From assembly GCA_018267385.1 (NCBI GenBank), contig JAFDYN010000009.1:225959-289958 (forward strand): DNA of 64,000 bases, read 5' to 3'. Below, piece by piece: positions 17,995 to 29,101 of this stretch (positions are counted from its first letter, which is position 1; each line of letters starts with the position of its first letter). Both the position numbers and the translations under genes were made by a program. The DNA is from Bacteroidota bacterium (lineage in GTDB: Bacteria > Bacteroidota > Bacteroidia > Chitinophagales > LD1). Under the pieces are notes generated by a model, which was not told the DNA's origin, ran no database searches, and worked only from the letters and a program-made list of their open reading frames with translations.

Positions 17995-19230
17995 CTATTG
18001 CGTGAGCTTTACATCTTGCCAGGTAGGTACAGAGCAGTCCATCTTGGCCAGGTCCATGCTCATGTTCTTATTGCCTCCGGCAAAATCCAGATTAGCAAAA
18101 GTGATTTCACCGTTGGCATGCAGGCAGATCTTATCATCTTCCTTGATAGAGCCATTGTTATTCTTGTAGCTTGGGTTTACGCTACCGTCAAAAATGATAT
18201 CAGGCACCTTATCACCAAATAGCGCTGTCAGTAGTTTGCCCAGTGTCACACTGGCATCTGCCCTGCCGCTGCCGCGCTTGATCGTATTGTCATGCACAAA
18301 TATGCCGCCGCAGTATGGATCGTAGTCCTGGTCTTTGTATGGCTTCTTCAGTACGAGGTAGCTGATGATGGCGCCACTGGTCGTATTATGGCCGGTGATC
18401 TCATTGGAGTATATCTCGCACTGATTAGTAGCCATGATGATAAAGCCGGTACCGGCCGGCACCTCAGCTACTGAGGTGCCCTTGGTAGCAAAGTTGACCG
18501 TATTGTTATTCGTTATCTTGTTATTGTGCACGCGGCAGCGCATACCATTCTTGACCGGCAGGTCCGGATTGTCAAATACCAGCAGACCACCGGTATTGTC
18601 GTAGCTGTTGTTTTCGTATACATCAGCATCCACACAGTTTTCTATCTCTATGCCGGCTACATTATCATGTACCTTATTTCTGCGCACGATGATGTTTTTA
18701 GACTGTCCCACGTACACACCGGCATCTGATGATCCATACACCTCACAGTCCTCTATCAGGACATTGGTACATGATACCGGATACAGTGCATAGGCACCGT
18801 TCTCTGTGGAGTGCAGCTTGGTCCACCCGGTCTTGATCCTCCTGATGGTCACATTGAGTACATCTTCCAGCTTGATACAGTCGCCTTTGGCATTGATGAT
18901 GGCAAAGTCTTCCAGTACGATACCGTTGGCCGTGACACGCAGCCCCTCTGCTCCGTCCTTCTGACCGGCAAAGTTGAGCGTAGTCTTGTCCATTCCTTTA
19001 CCTCTGATAGTTACATTCTTCACACCATCCAGTATCAGCGGGCGTGACAGATTGTATGTTCCTTCAGGTAGTTCTATTACATCGCCCTCTTTTGCATTGA
19101 CCAGCTTCTCTTGTATTTGCTTTTCAAACTCGGCAGAAACCTGAGCAGGTTCCTCCTTTTTATTGTTTTGGCAGCTAGCCATGATCAGCGCGGCACAGGA
19201 CACCAGCAGCAGATGGAGAGGATATTTCAT
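17995..19230 (-). CDS. Right-handed parallel beta-helix repeat lipoprotein
   Basis: 411 aa. Lipobox LVSCAALIMASC, then repeated ~22-aa beta-helix turns (NVxIxxN / GIxxxxS patterns). Confidence 0.7.
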   Translation of the reverse strand: MKYPLHLLLVSCAALIMASCQNNKKEEPAQVSAEFEKQIQEKLVNAKEGDVIELPEGTYNLSRPLILDGVKNVTIRGKGMDKTTLNFAGQKDGAEGLRVTANGIVLEDFAIINAKGDCIKLEDVLNVTIRRIKTGWTKLHSTENGAYALYPVSCTNVLIEDCEVYGSSDAGVYVGQSKNIIVRRNKVHDNVAGIEIENCVDADVYENNSYDNTGGLLVFDNPDLPVKNGMRCRVHNNKITNNNTVNFATKGTSVAEVPAGTGFIIMATNQCEIYSNEITGHNTTSGAIISYLVLKKPYKDQDYDPYCGGIFVHDNTIKRGSGRADASVTLGKLLTALFGDKVPDIIFDGSVNPSYKNNNGSIKEDDKICLHANGEITFANLDFAGGNKNMSMDLAKMDCSVPTWQDVKLTQ

Positions 19231-19329
19231 GTAGTTATGTTTGGGTGTAGCGAATATAGCCGCTCACAAAATAGCACTAAAATCTTTTCGCTGAAAGCGT
19301 GATATAACCCGTCAAAAAAGGGAGCCTGA

Positions 19330-20724
19330 TTACCTGCCGGCCATCTGAGAGATAGAGGGCACCAGAGATGGCAGTACGCCCAGGGCGAGCGTGACTACCA
19401 GACATATGGCAGCGATCGCAACATAAGATATAGCCCCTCCGGCAGCGGCCTCACCCTCCTCACTGTCTCTGGTCCACATGGCCAGTATCAGTTTGAAATA
19501 GTAATACACGCTGATAGCAGAGGTGATCACGGCTACGATCACCACGGCCAGGTGCTGCGTCTTGATGGCTTCGAAGAAAACATAATACTTGGCAAAGAAC
19601 CCTGCCAGTGGAGGTATGCCTGCCATAGACAGCATGAAGATGGTCAGCGCCACCGCCTGAAACGGATTACTCTTGCCCAGGCCATTGAAGGCTTCGATCT
19701 TTTCACTCTTGCGGCGCTTCATCACTGAGATACCGATGGCAAAGGCACCAAGAGAAGCAAAGGTATAGGCGACTGTATAAAAGAAAAGCGCATTAGCAGA
19801 ATTCTGATAGAGAGACATAATGGCCAGCAGCATATAGCCCGCGTGAGCCACACCAGAGAAGGCCAGCATACGCTTGAAAGAGTCCTGATTGAGTGCCGTC
19901 AGGTTGCCTACCAGCATAGTGAGCGCAGCTACTACACTGAGTATCCAGGCAAATCCGGAGAAATTATTAACGAAGCTCACGCTGAACAATCTGTAGAAAG
20001 CGGCCATGGCTGCTACCTTAGACAGTGTAGCCATCATAGCAGTAGTCAGCGTCGGGGAGCCCTCGTACACATCAGGCGCCCAGAAGTGAAATGGTACTGC
20101 CGATACCTTAAAGAGCATAGCGATCAGTATCATGATCACACCTACAGTAAAGATAGGATCGACATTACCCTCCGAAGCATAGACGCCTATCTGCACCAGG
20201 TTAAAGCTACCTGTAGCGCCATACACCAGCGTGATACCAAAGAGCAAGATACCGGAGGCAAAGGATCCCATGAGGAAATACTTCATCGCGGCCTCGTTAG
20301 ACCGGATATCGCGCCTTTTGCTGCCTGCCAGGATATAGAGGGAGATAGATAGTACCTCCAGGCCTATGAAAAGCATGGCCATATTGGAGAAGCTCACCAG
20401 TGCGATACCACCACAAAGCGTGAATACAATTACAGAAATATAATCAGCCAGTTTGGTTTCTTCCGCATCATAAAAGCTGCCACTCATGGCCACGAGGCCC
20501 GCAGCAGTCACTATGAGCAGCCCTGTGAAGGCCAGTGCAAAATTATCAGCACGGAGCATATCATTATAGAAAGATACACTAGAGCCATTCCACTCTGTGA
20601 AGTTGATACCGAGGATAGCCAGCAGGGCCAGCACGACTACCGGCACTACGATCTTGCGCAGGTTAAATATCTCCAGCACGAGGCAGGCGATACCGAGAAA
20701 TGATGTATATGTGAGTGCCCTCAT
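19330..20724 (-). CDS. nuoN: NADH-quinone oxidoreductase subunit N
   Basis: 464-aa polytopic antiporter-like protein (ND2 family) and the last gene of the contiguous nuo cluster. Confidence 0.95.
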   Translation of the reverse strand: MRALTYTSFLGIACLVLEIFNLRKIVVPVVVLALLAILGINFTEWNGSSVSFYNDMLRADNFALAFTGLLIVTAAGLVAMSGSFYDAEETKLADYISVIVFTLCGGIALVSFSNMAMLFIGLEVLSISLYILAGSKRRDIRSNEAAMKYFLMGSFASGILLFGITLVYGATGSFNLVQIGVYASEGNVDPIFTVGVIMILIAMLFKVSAVPFHFWAPDVYEGSPTLTTAMMATLSKVAAMAAFYRLFSVSFVNNFSGFAWILSVVAALTMLVGNLTALNQDSFKRMLAFSGVAHAGYMLLAIMSLYQNSANALFFYTVAYTFASLGAFAIGISVMKRRKSEKIEAFNGLGKSNPFQAVALTIFMLSMAGIPPLAGFFAKYYVFFEAIKTQHLAVVIVAVITSAISVYYYFKLILAMWTRDSEEGEAAAGGAISYVAIAAICLVVTLALGVLPSLVPSISQMAGR

Positions 20725-20727
20725 TTT

Positions 20728-22179
20728 CTATCCCAGAGTATGTTTCAAAATTTCCGTCAGCGCCGGCTGTGCTATCTCCATGATCGGCTTTGGATATACA
20801 CCGCACACGAATATCGCAGTGATGAGTATGGCAAAAACGGCCAGCTCACTCGTGGTCAGATCAGGGAATGCCGAGACAGTAGCCCTCTTCTCACCCAGCA
20901 TCACGTACTGGTACATCTTCAGCATATAGACAGCACCGAGTATGATGGTCAGGCCAGCCACTATAGACAGCCAGGTATTGTACTCAAACACGCCAAATAG
21001 CAGCAGAAACTCACCGATGAATGCATTGGTAGTAGGCAGCGCTACGGAGGCCAGCACGATGATGATGAATGCCGTAGCAAACCTAGGCGCGATGCTCCGG
21101 ATACCACCTAGCTGATGTATCTCCAACGTACCGGTCCTGCGCAGGATCACCTCACCGGCAAAGAATGCTCCGACTACGTTCACACCGTGAGCCAGCATCT
21201 GTACTACAGCACCCTGCATACCCTCATTGGTCAGCGAGAAGATACCGGCAGCTATCAGGCCTACGTGCGCAAAAGAAGAATAGGCCAGCAGCCGCTTCAC
21301 ATTCTTCTGCTGTATAGCCAGAATAGAACCATATACTACACCTATCACAGCCAGTACGATGAAGTAAGGTATCAGCGTTTGCAAGCCTTGAGGCGCTACC
21401 GGCAGCAGCCAGCGCAGCAAACCATAGAGACCCATTTTCAGCATGATACCTGACAGCAGCATAGTACCCATCGTAGGAGCCTCGGTATAGGTATCGGCCT
21501 GCCAGGTATGGAAAGGAAACACCGGGATCTTGACCGCAAAGGCAAAGAAGAATGCCAGCGCTACAAAGATCTGCTCCGTATAAGAGAGATTCAGTCCATA
21601 CAATGCCTGAAGCGACAGGCTGCCCGCCTTAGAGTACAAGAAGATGAACGCCACCAGCATAAAAAGCGAACCGATAAGCGTATATACAAAAAACTTAAAA
21701 GTAGCAGTCTGAATGAAAGCCTTGTCCTTGCCTTGTCCCCACAGCAGGGCGATAAAGTAGATCGGTATCAGCGCCAGCTCCCAGAAGATGTAGAACAGCA
21801 AGCCATCCGTAGCGATAAAGACTCCTATCATAGCAAACTGCATCAGTAGGATCAGCGCATAGAGCGAGCGGGCATTGGCCTGCTCCGTACCAAAGGATGA
21901 AAGAATGATAACAGGTACGAGAAAAGTAGCCAGCAGCACCAGCAGCAGGCTCAGGCCATCACAGGCTATGCCGAAAGAGATATTAGGATTGGCTATCCAC
22001 GCGTGGAAGTATGACAGCCCCTCAAACTGGCTATGCGCTACATGCTGCAGCGCCACCAGAGATACGGCAAACTCTGCTACAGAGGCCACCAGCGCTACCT
22101 TGGCGGCCAGCTTATTGCCAGACAGGTAGACTGCCAGGGCAGCGACCAAAGGGAGAAATAAAATGACTAATAGCAGCAT
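20728..22179 (-). CDS. nuoM: NADH-quinone oxidoreductase subunit M
   Basis: 483-aa ND4-family antiporter-like subunit with a 3-nt gap to nuoN. Confidence 0.95.
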   Translation of the reverse strand: MLLLVILFLPLVAALAVYLSGNKLAAKVALVASVAEFAVSLVALQHVAHSQFEGLSYFHAWIANPNISFGIACDGLSLLLVLLATFLVPVIILSSFGTEQANARSLYALILLMQFAMIGVFIATDGLLFYIFWELALIPIYFIALLWGQGKDKAFIQTATFKFFVYTLIGSLFMLVAFIFLYSKAGSLSLQALYGLNLSYTEQIFVALAFFFAFAVKIPVFPFHTWQADTYTEAPTMGTMLLSGIMLKMGLYGLLRWLLPVAPQGLQTLIPYFIVLAVIGVVYGSILAIQQKNVKRLLAYSSFAHVGLIAAGIFSLTNEGMQGAVVQMLAHGVNVVGAFFAGEVILRRTGTLEIHQLGGIRSIAPRFATAFIIIVLASVALPTTNAFIGEFLLLFGVFEYNTWLSIVAGLTIILGAVYMLKMYQYVMLGEKRATVSAFPDLTTSELAVFAILITAIFVCGVYPKPIMEIAQPALTEILKHTLG

Positions 22180-22197
22180 ACTTTGTTCTCTACTTCT

Positions 22198-24090
22198 TTA
22201 TTGCAGATAGGTCAATACGTAAATAAATATCCCGACTATACCCAGCACCATGGCCAGCAGGTAGAAGCCTATATTACCACTCTGTATCTGGCGCAGCTGC
22301 TTGCCGGTCAGCAGGCTCAGCTTGCCGGACCAGACTACTACGCCATCTACCACTATCTTGTCCAGTACGCTATACCCCCACTCAGATGCAGCCAGTAGCG
22401 GCTTCACGATAGCTACATTGTACAGTTCGTCCACATAGTACTTGTTACATACTACCGAGCCGACACCCGTTAGTTGACCATCTTCTGCCGGCAGCGTCCT
22501 CTTACTCACGAAGCGGGTGTAAGCCCAGCCGATAGCCGCAAATGCCAGCACTGTAGCAATACCCATGAGCATGAGCTCGGTTGATACTCCTTCTGCACCC
22601 TCGCCTTCCGTCACCGCCGGTATGACTGGTGCGAGGAAATGCGAGAGCCAATGAGTCATATGAGTGACAGGAGGCAAACCCATCACACCGCCGACTGCTG
22701 CCAATACTGCCAGTACGACCAGTGGCAAGGTGATACTGATAGGAGACTCGTGGAGATGATGCTCCTGCTCATGTGTACCACGGAAAGAATTAAAGAACGT
22801 CAGGAAAACCAGCCTGAACATATAATAAGCAGTAAGCAGCGAGGCCAGAGAGGCCATGACCCAGAGCACTTTATTATGAGCAAATGCTCCGGCCAGTATT
22901 TCATCTTTTGAGAAAAAACCGGAGAGCGGCGGCACACCCGAGATAGCCAGTGATGCTATCAGGAAGGTGGCAAACGTAGTAGGCATCCATTTCTTCAGGC
23001 CACCCATACGGCGGATATCCTGCTCCCCTCCCATCGCGTGGATCACAGAGCCGGAACCGAGGAAGAGGCAAGCCTTAAAGAATGCATGTGTCACCACATG
23101 GAAGGCCCCAGAAGTATAAGCACCAAAGCCGAGCGCCATAAACATCAGGCCGAGCTGAGATACCGTAGAGTATGCCAGCACTTTCTTAATGTCATTTTGC
23201 ATCACGCCGATAGTGGCAGCAAAGAGTGCCGTTGTTGCGCCTACTATAGCTATGATATTGAGTGTCTCAGGTGCAAGGGAGAAAAGGAAATTTGCCCTGC
23301 AGATCATAAAGATGCCCGCAGTCACCATCGTAGCTGCGTGGATCAACGCTGATACCGGAGTAGGCCCAGCCATCGCATCCGGCAGCCAGGTGTAGAGAGG
23401 TATCTGAGCAGACTTGCCCGTGGCACCGATGAAAAGGAACAGCGTGGCCCAGAAGATCAGGTGATGATCCGCACCACCGGCCACTGCGGCCTTCAGTCCG
23501 TTGAAGTCGAGTGTATGAAAGTTATACAGCAGCAGGAACATCCCGATCAGGAAGCCGAGGTCACCGATACGGTTCATTACAAATGCTTTCTTCGCAGCGT
23601 TGTTATAGTCCTGATTTTTATACCAGAAACCGATGAGCAGATATGAGCAGAGGCCCACACCTTCCCAGCCTATAAACATCACTACAAAGTTATTGCCCAG
23701 TACCAGCAGCAGCATGAAGAAGATGAACAGGTTCAGGTAGGCAAAGAAGCGCTGGAAGCCATCATCATCATGCATATACCCGGTAGAGTACACATGTATC
23801 AGGAAACCGATACCTGTCACCACCATCAGCCACAGTGCAGAGAGCTGGTCTATCAGGATGCCAAAGTTAATATGGATATTGCCAAAAGATATCCAGTCAA
23901 ATACCTTGACCTCAGTAGCCGTAGCGCCACCCACCAGGCCAAAGAAATACATGCATGAGATAATAAAAGAACCAAGTATCGTGGCAGAGCCGATGATCCC
24001 GGACAGGCTCTTGGACAGTTTGGTGCCCAGTAGCCCGTTTATCAGGAATCCGGCCAGCGGCAGTAGAATGAGTAAGTATATGGTCAGCAT
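22198..24090 (-). CDS. nuoL: NADH-quinone oxidoreductase subunit L
   Basis: 630-aa ND5-family subunit with the C-terminal lateral-helix extension. Confidence 0.95.
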   Translation of the reverse strand: MLTIYLLILLPLAGFLINGLLGTKLSKSLSGIIGSATILGSFIISCMYFFGLVGGATATEVKVFDWISFGNIHINFGILIDQLSALWLMVVTGIGFLIHVYSTGYMHDDDGFQRFFAYLNLFIFFMLLLVLGNNFVVMFIGWEGVGLCSYLLIGFWYKNQDYNNAAKKAFVMNRIGDLGFLIGMFLLLYNFHTLDFNGLKAAVAGGADHHLIFWATLFLFIGATGKSAQIPLYTWLPDAMAGPTPVSALIHAATMVTAGIFMICRANFLFSLAPETLNIIAIVGATTALFAATIGVMQNDIKKVLAYSTVSQLGLMFMALGFGAYTSGAFHVVTHAFFKACLFLGSGSVIHAMGGEQDIRRMGGLKKWMPTTFATFLIASLAISGVPPLSGFFSKDEILAGAFAHNKVLWVMASLASLLTAYYMFRLVFLTFFNSFRGTHEQEHHLHESPISITLPLVVLAVLAAVGGVMGLPPVTHMTHWLSHFLAPVIPAVTEGEGAEGVSTELMLMGIATVLAFAAIGWAYTRFVSKRTLPAEDGQLTGVGSVVCNKYYVDELYNVAIVKPLLAASEWGYSVLDKIVVDGVVVWSGKLSLLTGKQLRQIQSGNIGFYLLAMVLGIVGIFIYVLTYLQ

Positions 24091-24108
24091 CTCTATCCCG
24101 GCTCTTTT

Positions 24109-24441
24109 TTAGTTCTTCAGGTTTTTCAGTTCGTCTATGTCTATCGTATGCAGGTTCCTGAATATGGTCACCAGGATCGCCAGCCCTACTGCGACCTCCG
24201 CAGCGGCTACCGCCATGATGAAGAATACGAATACCTGGCCGCTATTGTCATGATGATAGGTAGAGAAAGCGACCAACAGCAGGTTCACTGAGTTTAGCAT
24301 CAGCTCTATGCACATGAAGATGGTGATCGCATTGCGGCGGAAGAGCACCCCAAATACACCTATCGTAAAGAGCATAGCGCTCACTGCGATATAGTGATTG
24401 ATCGAGATATGCGGATCGGCAAATATGTTGAGTAGCGTCAT
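24109..24441 (-). CDS. nuoK: NADH-quinone oxidoreductase subunit K
   Basis: 110 aa, 3 TM, ND4L family. Overlaps nuoJ by 4 nt. Confidence 0.93.
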   Translation of the reverse strand: MTLLNIFADPHISINHYIAVSAMLFTIGVFGVLFRRNAITIFMCIELMLNSVNLLLVAFSTYHHDNSGQVFVFFIMAVAAAEVAVGLAILVTIFRNLHTIDIDELKNLKN

Positions 24442-24953
24442 TTCAGTGCCGCGGTTTTATCTTTTTTCATCAGCAGTACTACACCTACCATAGCAGATAG
24501 CAGCAGTACAGATATAAACTCAAATGGATAGAAGTACTCGCTCAGCAGCACCGTGCCGAGAGACTTGACATCACCCACGCTGCCGGTGATAGGCCCCATA
24601 GTCAGGATCACGTTGGCCTTGCGCACCGCCAGCATCAGCACGATGCCTAGTGCCACTGCTATCACCAGCGCAGCTATCTGTGCGATGGCCGGCTTGTGCT
24701 TTTCGGTTTCCTCATTGAGGTTCATGAGCATGAGCGTAGTGAGGAAGAGTACCATGATGGCACCCGCATAGACGATAATGTGAACGATAAATAGGAACTG
24801 TGCATTCAGCAGCAAATAATGGCCGGCTATGCTGGCAAAACAAACAAGCAGTGAAATGGCGCTAAAGATCGGGTTCTTGGCGATCACAGTGTAGATCGCA
24901 GTGATGAAAGCGATGGTAGATAAACTCCAGAATATGATCTCCTTTATATCCAT
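24438..24953 (-). CDS. nuoJ: NADH-quinone oxidoreductase subunit J
   Basis: 171 aa, ND6 family, in operon position. Confidence 0.92.
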   Translation of the reverse strand: MDIKEIIFWSLSTIAFITAIYTVIAKNPIFSAISLLVCFASIAGHYLLLNAQFLFIVHIIVYAGAIMVLFLTTLMLMNLNEETEKHKPAIAQIAALVIAVALGIVLMLAVRKANVILTMGPITGSVGDVKSLGTVLLSEYFYPFEFISVLLLSAMVGVVLLMKKDKTAALK

Positions 24954-24963
24954 TCCTCCTTTA

Positions 24964-25482
24964 TTATAGCACCTGTTGCTCTGGTTTCATGACCAGTTTG
25001 TCTTTCCCAAAAATAAAACCCTCGCGGCTGTAGTCTGCATTTGATATCTTCTCTGTCAGGAAGATCGCTTCCTTCGGACACGCCTCCTCGCAGAGTCCGC
25101 AGAAGATGCAGCGCAGCATATTGATCTCGTAGACAGATGCATATTTCTCCTCACGGTAGAGCTTCTCCTCACCCGGCTTGCGCTCGGCAGAGGTCATAGT
25201 GATCGCTTCCGCCGGACAGGCCAATGCGCAGAGGCCGCAGGCAGTACAGCGCTCAGCGCCATTCTCGTCACGCATCAGGATATGCTGACCGCGGTACACC
25301 GGACTGAATTCTCTCTTCTCGTCAGGATACTGAACGGTGACTTTCTTGCTAAAGAAGTGCTTGAGCGTGATGCCCATACCCTTGATGATACCCGGCAGGT
25401 AGAGCTTCTCGCTAAAGGTCATCTCCTTTTGAGAGACGTCTATCTTGCGACCTGTGAGTGATATGGAGCCGTAATCTGTCAT
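24964..25482 (-). CDS. nuoI: NADH-quinone oxidoreductase subunit I
   Basis: Two 4Fe-4S ferredoxin motifs, CTACGLCALACP and CIFCGLCEEACP. Confidence 0.96.
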   Translation of the reverse strand: MTDYGSISLTGRKIDVSQKEMTFSEKLYLPGIIKGMGITLKHFFSKKVTVQYPDEKREFSPVYRGQHILMRDENGAERCTACGLCALACPAEAITMTSAERKPGEEKLYREEKYASVYEINMLRCIFCGLCEEACPKEAIFLTEKISNADYSREGFIFGKDKLVMKPEQQVL

Positions 25483-25554
25483 ACTATAAGCGCTGCAAAA
25501 ATATATTTAACCTTCAAATACCCTAAATCTAAATTCCTAATTTGTCAACAGTAC

Positions 25555-26628
25555 TTATGCTCCTGTAGCTATGAGTACAAATCCCGTGATCACGATATTC
25601 AATATAGCCAGCGGCATCAGTATCTTCCATCCCAGGTTCATGAGCTGGTCATAGCGGAAACGCGGTACCGTCCAGCGTACCCACATATAGAAGAAGATAA
25701 AGAAGAATATCTTGGCAAATAGCACCAGCGTACCTACTATTGTTGCCATATTCTCACCGATATGATTATGTACCCAGTCCATGCCAGGATAGTTATATCC
25801 ACCAAAGAAAACGATCGCTATGATCGCAGAGGAGATGAACATATTCACATACTCCGCGAAGAGGAAGAAGCCCAGCTTCATAGAGCTATACTCTGTGTGG
25901 TAGCCACCCACTAGTTCTGACTCGCACTCCGGCAGGTCAAATGGTGTACGGTTCGTCTCTGCAAATGCGCAAATAAGGAATATAAGAAATGCCAATGGCT
26001 GCTTGAATACATACCAGCTAGGCCAGGCAAATTTGTGTCCATGCCAGTTCCAGTCGATAAAGCCATGCTGATTTTCCGCTATCTCGTGCATGCTCAGTGA
26101 GCCGGATACCATCAGCACAGCGATCATAGAGAGGCCCATGGCCACCTCATAGGAGATCATCTGTGACGAGGCACGCACAGCGCCCAGCAGGGAGAACTTA
26201 TTATTAGAAGCCCACCCTCCTATCATGATGCCATACACGCCGATAGAGATCACGCCAAATACGTAGAGTATAGCGATATTGATATCCGCCGCCTGTAGCG
26301 TAGCAGTGTAGCCGAATAAGGTCAGCTGCCGGCCCCAGGGTATCACGGCACTGGTCATCAGCGCTGTGGTCATAGCCAGTCCCGGCCCGAGGATGAAGAG
26401 GACCTTATTGGGAGTATCAGGTATGAAATCTTCCTTGGTGAACATCTTCACACCATCAGCCAGGGGCTGCAGCAGGCCACCCGGGCCCGCACGGTTAGGA
26501 CCGAGGCGATCCTGAAAATATCCCGCGAGCACGCGCTCTGCAAAAGTGGAGTATAGCGCGATCAGCATCGTGATGCCAAACACCACTAGTATGATCACTC
26601 CCTTCTCGATTAAAAATGCACTTTCCAT
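25555..26628 (-). CDS. nuoH: NADH-quinone oxidoreductase subunit H
   Basis: 357-aa ND1-family membrane subunit (RLGPNRAGPGGLLQPLADG, TNRTPFDLPECESELVGGYHTEYS). Confidence 0.96.
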   Translation of the reverse strand: MESAFLIEKGVIILVVFGITMLIALYSTFAERVLAGYFQDRLGPNRAGPGGLLQPLADGVKMFTKEDFIPDTPNKVLFILGPGLAMTTALMTSAVIPWGRQLTLFGYTATLQAADINIAILYVFGVISIGVYGIMIGGWASNNKFSLLGAVRASSQMISYEVAMGLSMIAVLMVSGSLSMHEIAENQHGFIDWNWHGHKFAWPSWYVFKQPLAFLIFLICAFAETNRTPFDLPECESELVGGYHTEYSSMKLGFFLFAEYVNMFISSAIIAIVFFGGYNYPGMDWVHNHIGENMATIVGTLVLFAKIFFFIFFYMWVRWTVPRFRYDQLMNLGWKILMPLAILNIVITGFVLIATGA

Positions 26629-26664
26629 GTTATTCTTTGCTGGCTATACGGCCACTTTTCTCTT

Positions 26665-27690
26665 TTACTTCTTCTTTGCTTCTTCCGGAGCCACCATGCT
26701 GATACGCTTCCTATCCTGATCACGGCCCAGCAGCAGCGCCTTCTCTGTATCTATATTCACCTCGGCGGTACGCTTCATGTATTTGCCCTGGTTTATCACA
26801 GACCACTTCTCCAGCTTGCGCGGGCCTTCTATGGTCCAGTCAGCTTTATTCTTGTGGTCAAAACGGCACTCATTGCAGATGAAAGATTCTACCTCATGGT
26901 ACTCATCCTTGCGTGCAGTCACACGGTATACATCATTGCCAAACATCCAGAGATCCACCTGTCCGTTGCACTTCTCGTGAGAGCACTGGCGGTGCGCACG
27001 GTAGGGCTTCAGAAACCATACACGGGACTTGAAGCGGAAGGTCTTGTCAGTCAGCGCACCCACCGGGCATACGTCGATCATATTGCCGGAGAAATCATTG
27101 TCTATCGCGTGGCTGATATAGGTAGATATCTCTGAGGCATCTCCCCTGTTCAGCACACCATGATCGCGATGCGGCGTGAGCTGGTCAGCTACATATGTAC
27201 AGCGGTAGCAGAGGATACAGCGCGTCATGTGCAACTGTATCTTATCACCGATATCTATCTTGTCAAAAGTACGGCGTCCCTCCTGGTAGCGAGTGGTTTG
27301 CGCACCGTAGTCAAAGCCGAGGTTCTGCAGGTCGCACTCGCCGGCCTGGTCACATATTGGGCAGTCCAGCGGGTGATTGATCAGCAGGAATTCTACTACT
27401 CCCTTGCGCATATCCTGCACCTTCTGCGAGGTCATGTTCTTCACCTCCATACCATCAGCTATCGGCGTGCAGCAGCTAGCCTGCAGCTTTGGCATCGGAT
27501 TAGGATTGGCTTCGCTACCCTTAGATATCTCTACGAGGCACACACGGCATTTGCCACCGCTACCCTTTAGCTTAGAGTAGTAGCACATAGCTGGCGGCAC
27601 CAGGTCACCACCGATCTTGCGGGCTGCATTGAGGATCGTGGTACCAGCCTCGACCTCTATGGATACTCCGTCTATTGTTACTTTAGGCAT
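26665..27690 (-). CDS. nuoG: NADH-quinone oxidoreductase subunit G, short form (Fe-S N-terminal module only)
   Basis: 341 aa. 2Fe-2S ferredoxin-like N-terminus (CRVCLVE), HPLDCPICDQAGEC, and a further Cys cluster (CILCYRC). It lacks the large molybdopterin-like C-terminal domain of the E. coli and Thermus orthologs. Confidence 0.9.
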   Translation of the reverse strand: MPKVTIDGVSIEVEAGTTILNAARKIGGDLVPPAMCYYSKLKGSGGKCRVCLVEISKGSEANPNPMPKLQASCCTPIADGMEVKNMTSQKVQDMRKGVVEFLLINHPLDCPICDQAGECDLQNLGFDYGAQTTRYQEGRRTFDKIDIGDKIQLHMTRCILCYRCTYVADQLTPHRDHGVLNRGDASEISTYISHAIDNDFSGNMIDVCPVGALTDKTFRFKSRVWFLKPYRAHRQCSHEKCNGQVDLWMFGNDVYRVTARKDEYHEVESFICNECRFDHKNKADWTIEGPRKLEKWSVINQGKYMKRTAEVNIDTEKALLLGRDQDRKRISMVAPEEAKKK

Positions 27691-27717
27691 CTTTCTTTAT
27701 AACTTAAAATTCAAAAC

Positions 27718-29091
27718 TTAAACCGCGACAGCTTCTTTACTTCCCATCAGGTGCTTCACCTTTTCCCAAGGCTCATATTCAAAGTGCTTACGGTCCTTGA
27801 TCTTTTCCGGATACCGCACATGGTATTCAAACTCATGGCGGAAGTGGCGGATAGCCGCAGCTACCGGCCATGCAGCAGCATCACCCAGCGGGCAGATGGT
27901 GTTGCCTTCTATCTTGCGCTGAATATCCCAGAGCAGGTCTATATCCTCCTGAGTGCCGTAGCCATTCTCCAGGCGGTAGAGGATCTTCTCCATCCAGCCT
28001 GTACCCTCACGGCATGGCGAGCACTGGCCACATGACTCATGGTGATAAAAGCGTGCAAAATTCCAGGTATTGCGTACCACACAGGTAGTATCATCATATA
28101 CGATGAATCCACCGGAGCCGATCATCGAGCCGGTAGCAAAGCCACCGTCAGACATAGACTCATAGGTCATCATACGCTGCTCACCCTTAGCAGTCTTGAA
28201 GAGCAGTTCTGCCGGCAGGATAGGCACTGACGAGCCTCCCGGCACACAGGCCTTCAGCGGGCGGTCAGAGTACATACCGCCGAGGTACTCATCACTCATC
28301 ACAAACTCCTCTACAGAGATGCTGAGGTCTATCTCATATACTCCCGGCTTTCTGATATGGCCGGAGGCAGAGATCAGCTTGGTACCTGTAGACTTGCCTA
28401 TGCCTATCTTTGCAAATTCCTCACCACCATTCATCACGATCCATGGGATGTCCATGATCGTCTCCACATTATTCACCACAGTAGGATTGCCATATAGGCC
28501 CACTACTGCAGGGAATGGCGGCTTGATACGTGGGTTGCCACGTTTGCCCTCCAGTGATTCGATCAGGGCGGTTTCCTCACCACAGATATAAGCACCGGCA
28601 CCACAGGTCACATACAGGTCCAGATCATATCCCGAGCCTTGTATATTCTTGCCCAGCCAGCCCTTGGCATATGCTTCATTGATAGCGCGCTCCAGTATCC
28701 GGTACACCCACATGTACTCGCCACGGATGTATATGTAAGACAGATTTGCCTCCAGCGCGATAGATGATGTGATCATACCCTCCACCAGCAGGTGCGGTAT
28801 CTTCTCCATCATATAGCGATCCTTGAATGTGCCCGGCTCAGACTCATCGGCATTGCACACCAGGTGACGCGGACGGCCGGATTTCTTGTCTATGAAGCTC
28901 CACTTCATGCCCGTAGGGAAACCAGCTCCACCACGGCCACGCAGACCGCTTTTCTTTACTTCTTCTACAATGTCGTTTGGCGCCATTTTGAGTGCCTTCT
29001 CGACAGAGCGGTAGCCGCCATGCTGGCGATATGCATCATAGCCCTGTATGCCGGGTACATTGATGTGTTCTGTCAGTATTTTCCTACCCAC
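27718..29091 (-). CDS. nuoF: NADH-quinone oxidoreductase subunit F
   Basis: 457 aa. FMN/NADH site GRGGAGFPTGMKW and 4Fe-4S ESCGQCSPCREG. Confidence 0.97.
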   Translation of the reverse strand: MGRKILTEHINVPGIQGYDAYRQHGGYRSVEKALKMAPNDIVEEVKKSGLRGRGGAGFPTGMKWSFIDKKSGRPRHLVCNADESEPGTFKDRYMMEKIPHLLVEGMITSSIALEANLSYIYIRGEYMWVYRILERAINEAYAKGWLGKNIQGSGYDLDLYVTCGAGAYICGEETALIESLEGKRGNPRIKPPFPAVVGLYGNPTVVNNVETIMDIPWIVMNGGEEFAKIGIGKSTGTKLISASGHIRKPGVYEIDLSISVEEFVMSDEYLGGMYSDRPLKACVPGGSSVPILPAELLFKTAKGEQRMMTYESMSDGGFATGSMIGSGGFIVYDDTTCVVRNTWNFARFYHHESCGQCSPCREGTGWMEKILYRLENGYGTQEDIDLLWDIQRKIEGNTICPLGDAAAWPVAAAIRHFRHEFEYHVRYPEKIKDRKHFEYEPWEKVKHLMGSKEAVAV

Positions 29092-29101
29092 TTATATAGA
29101 T

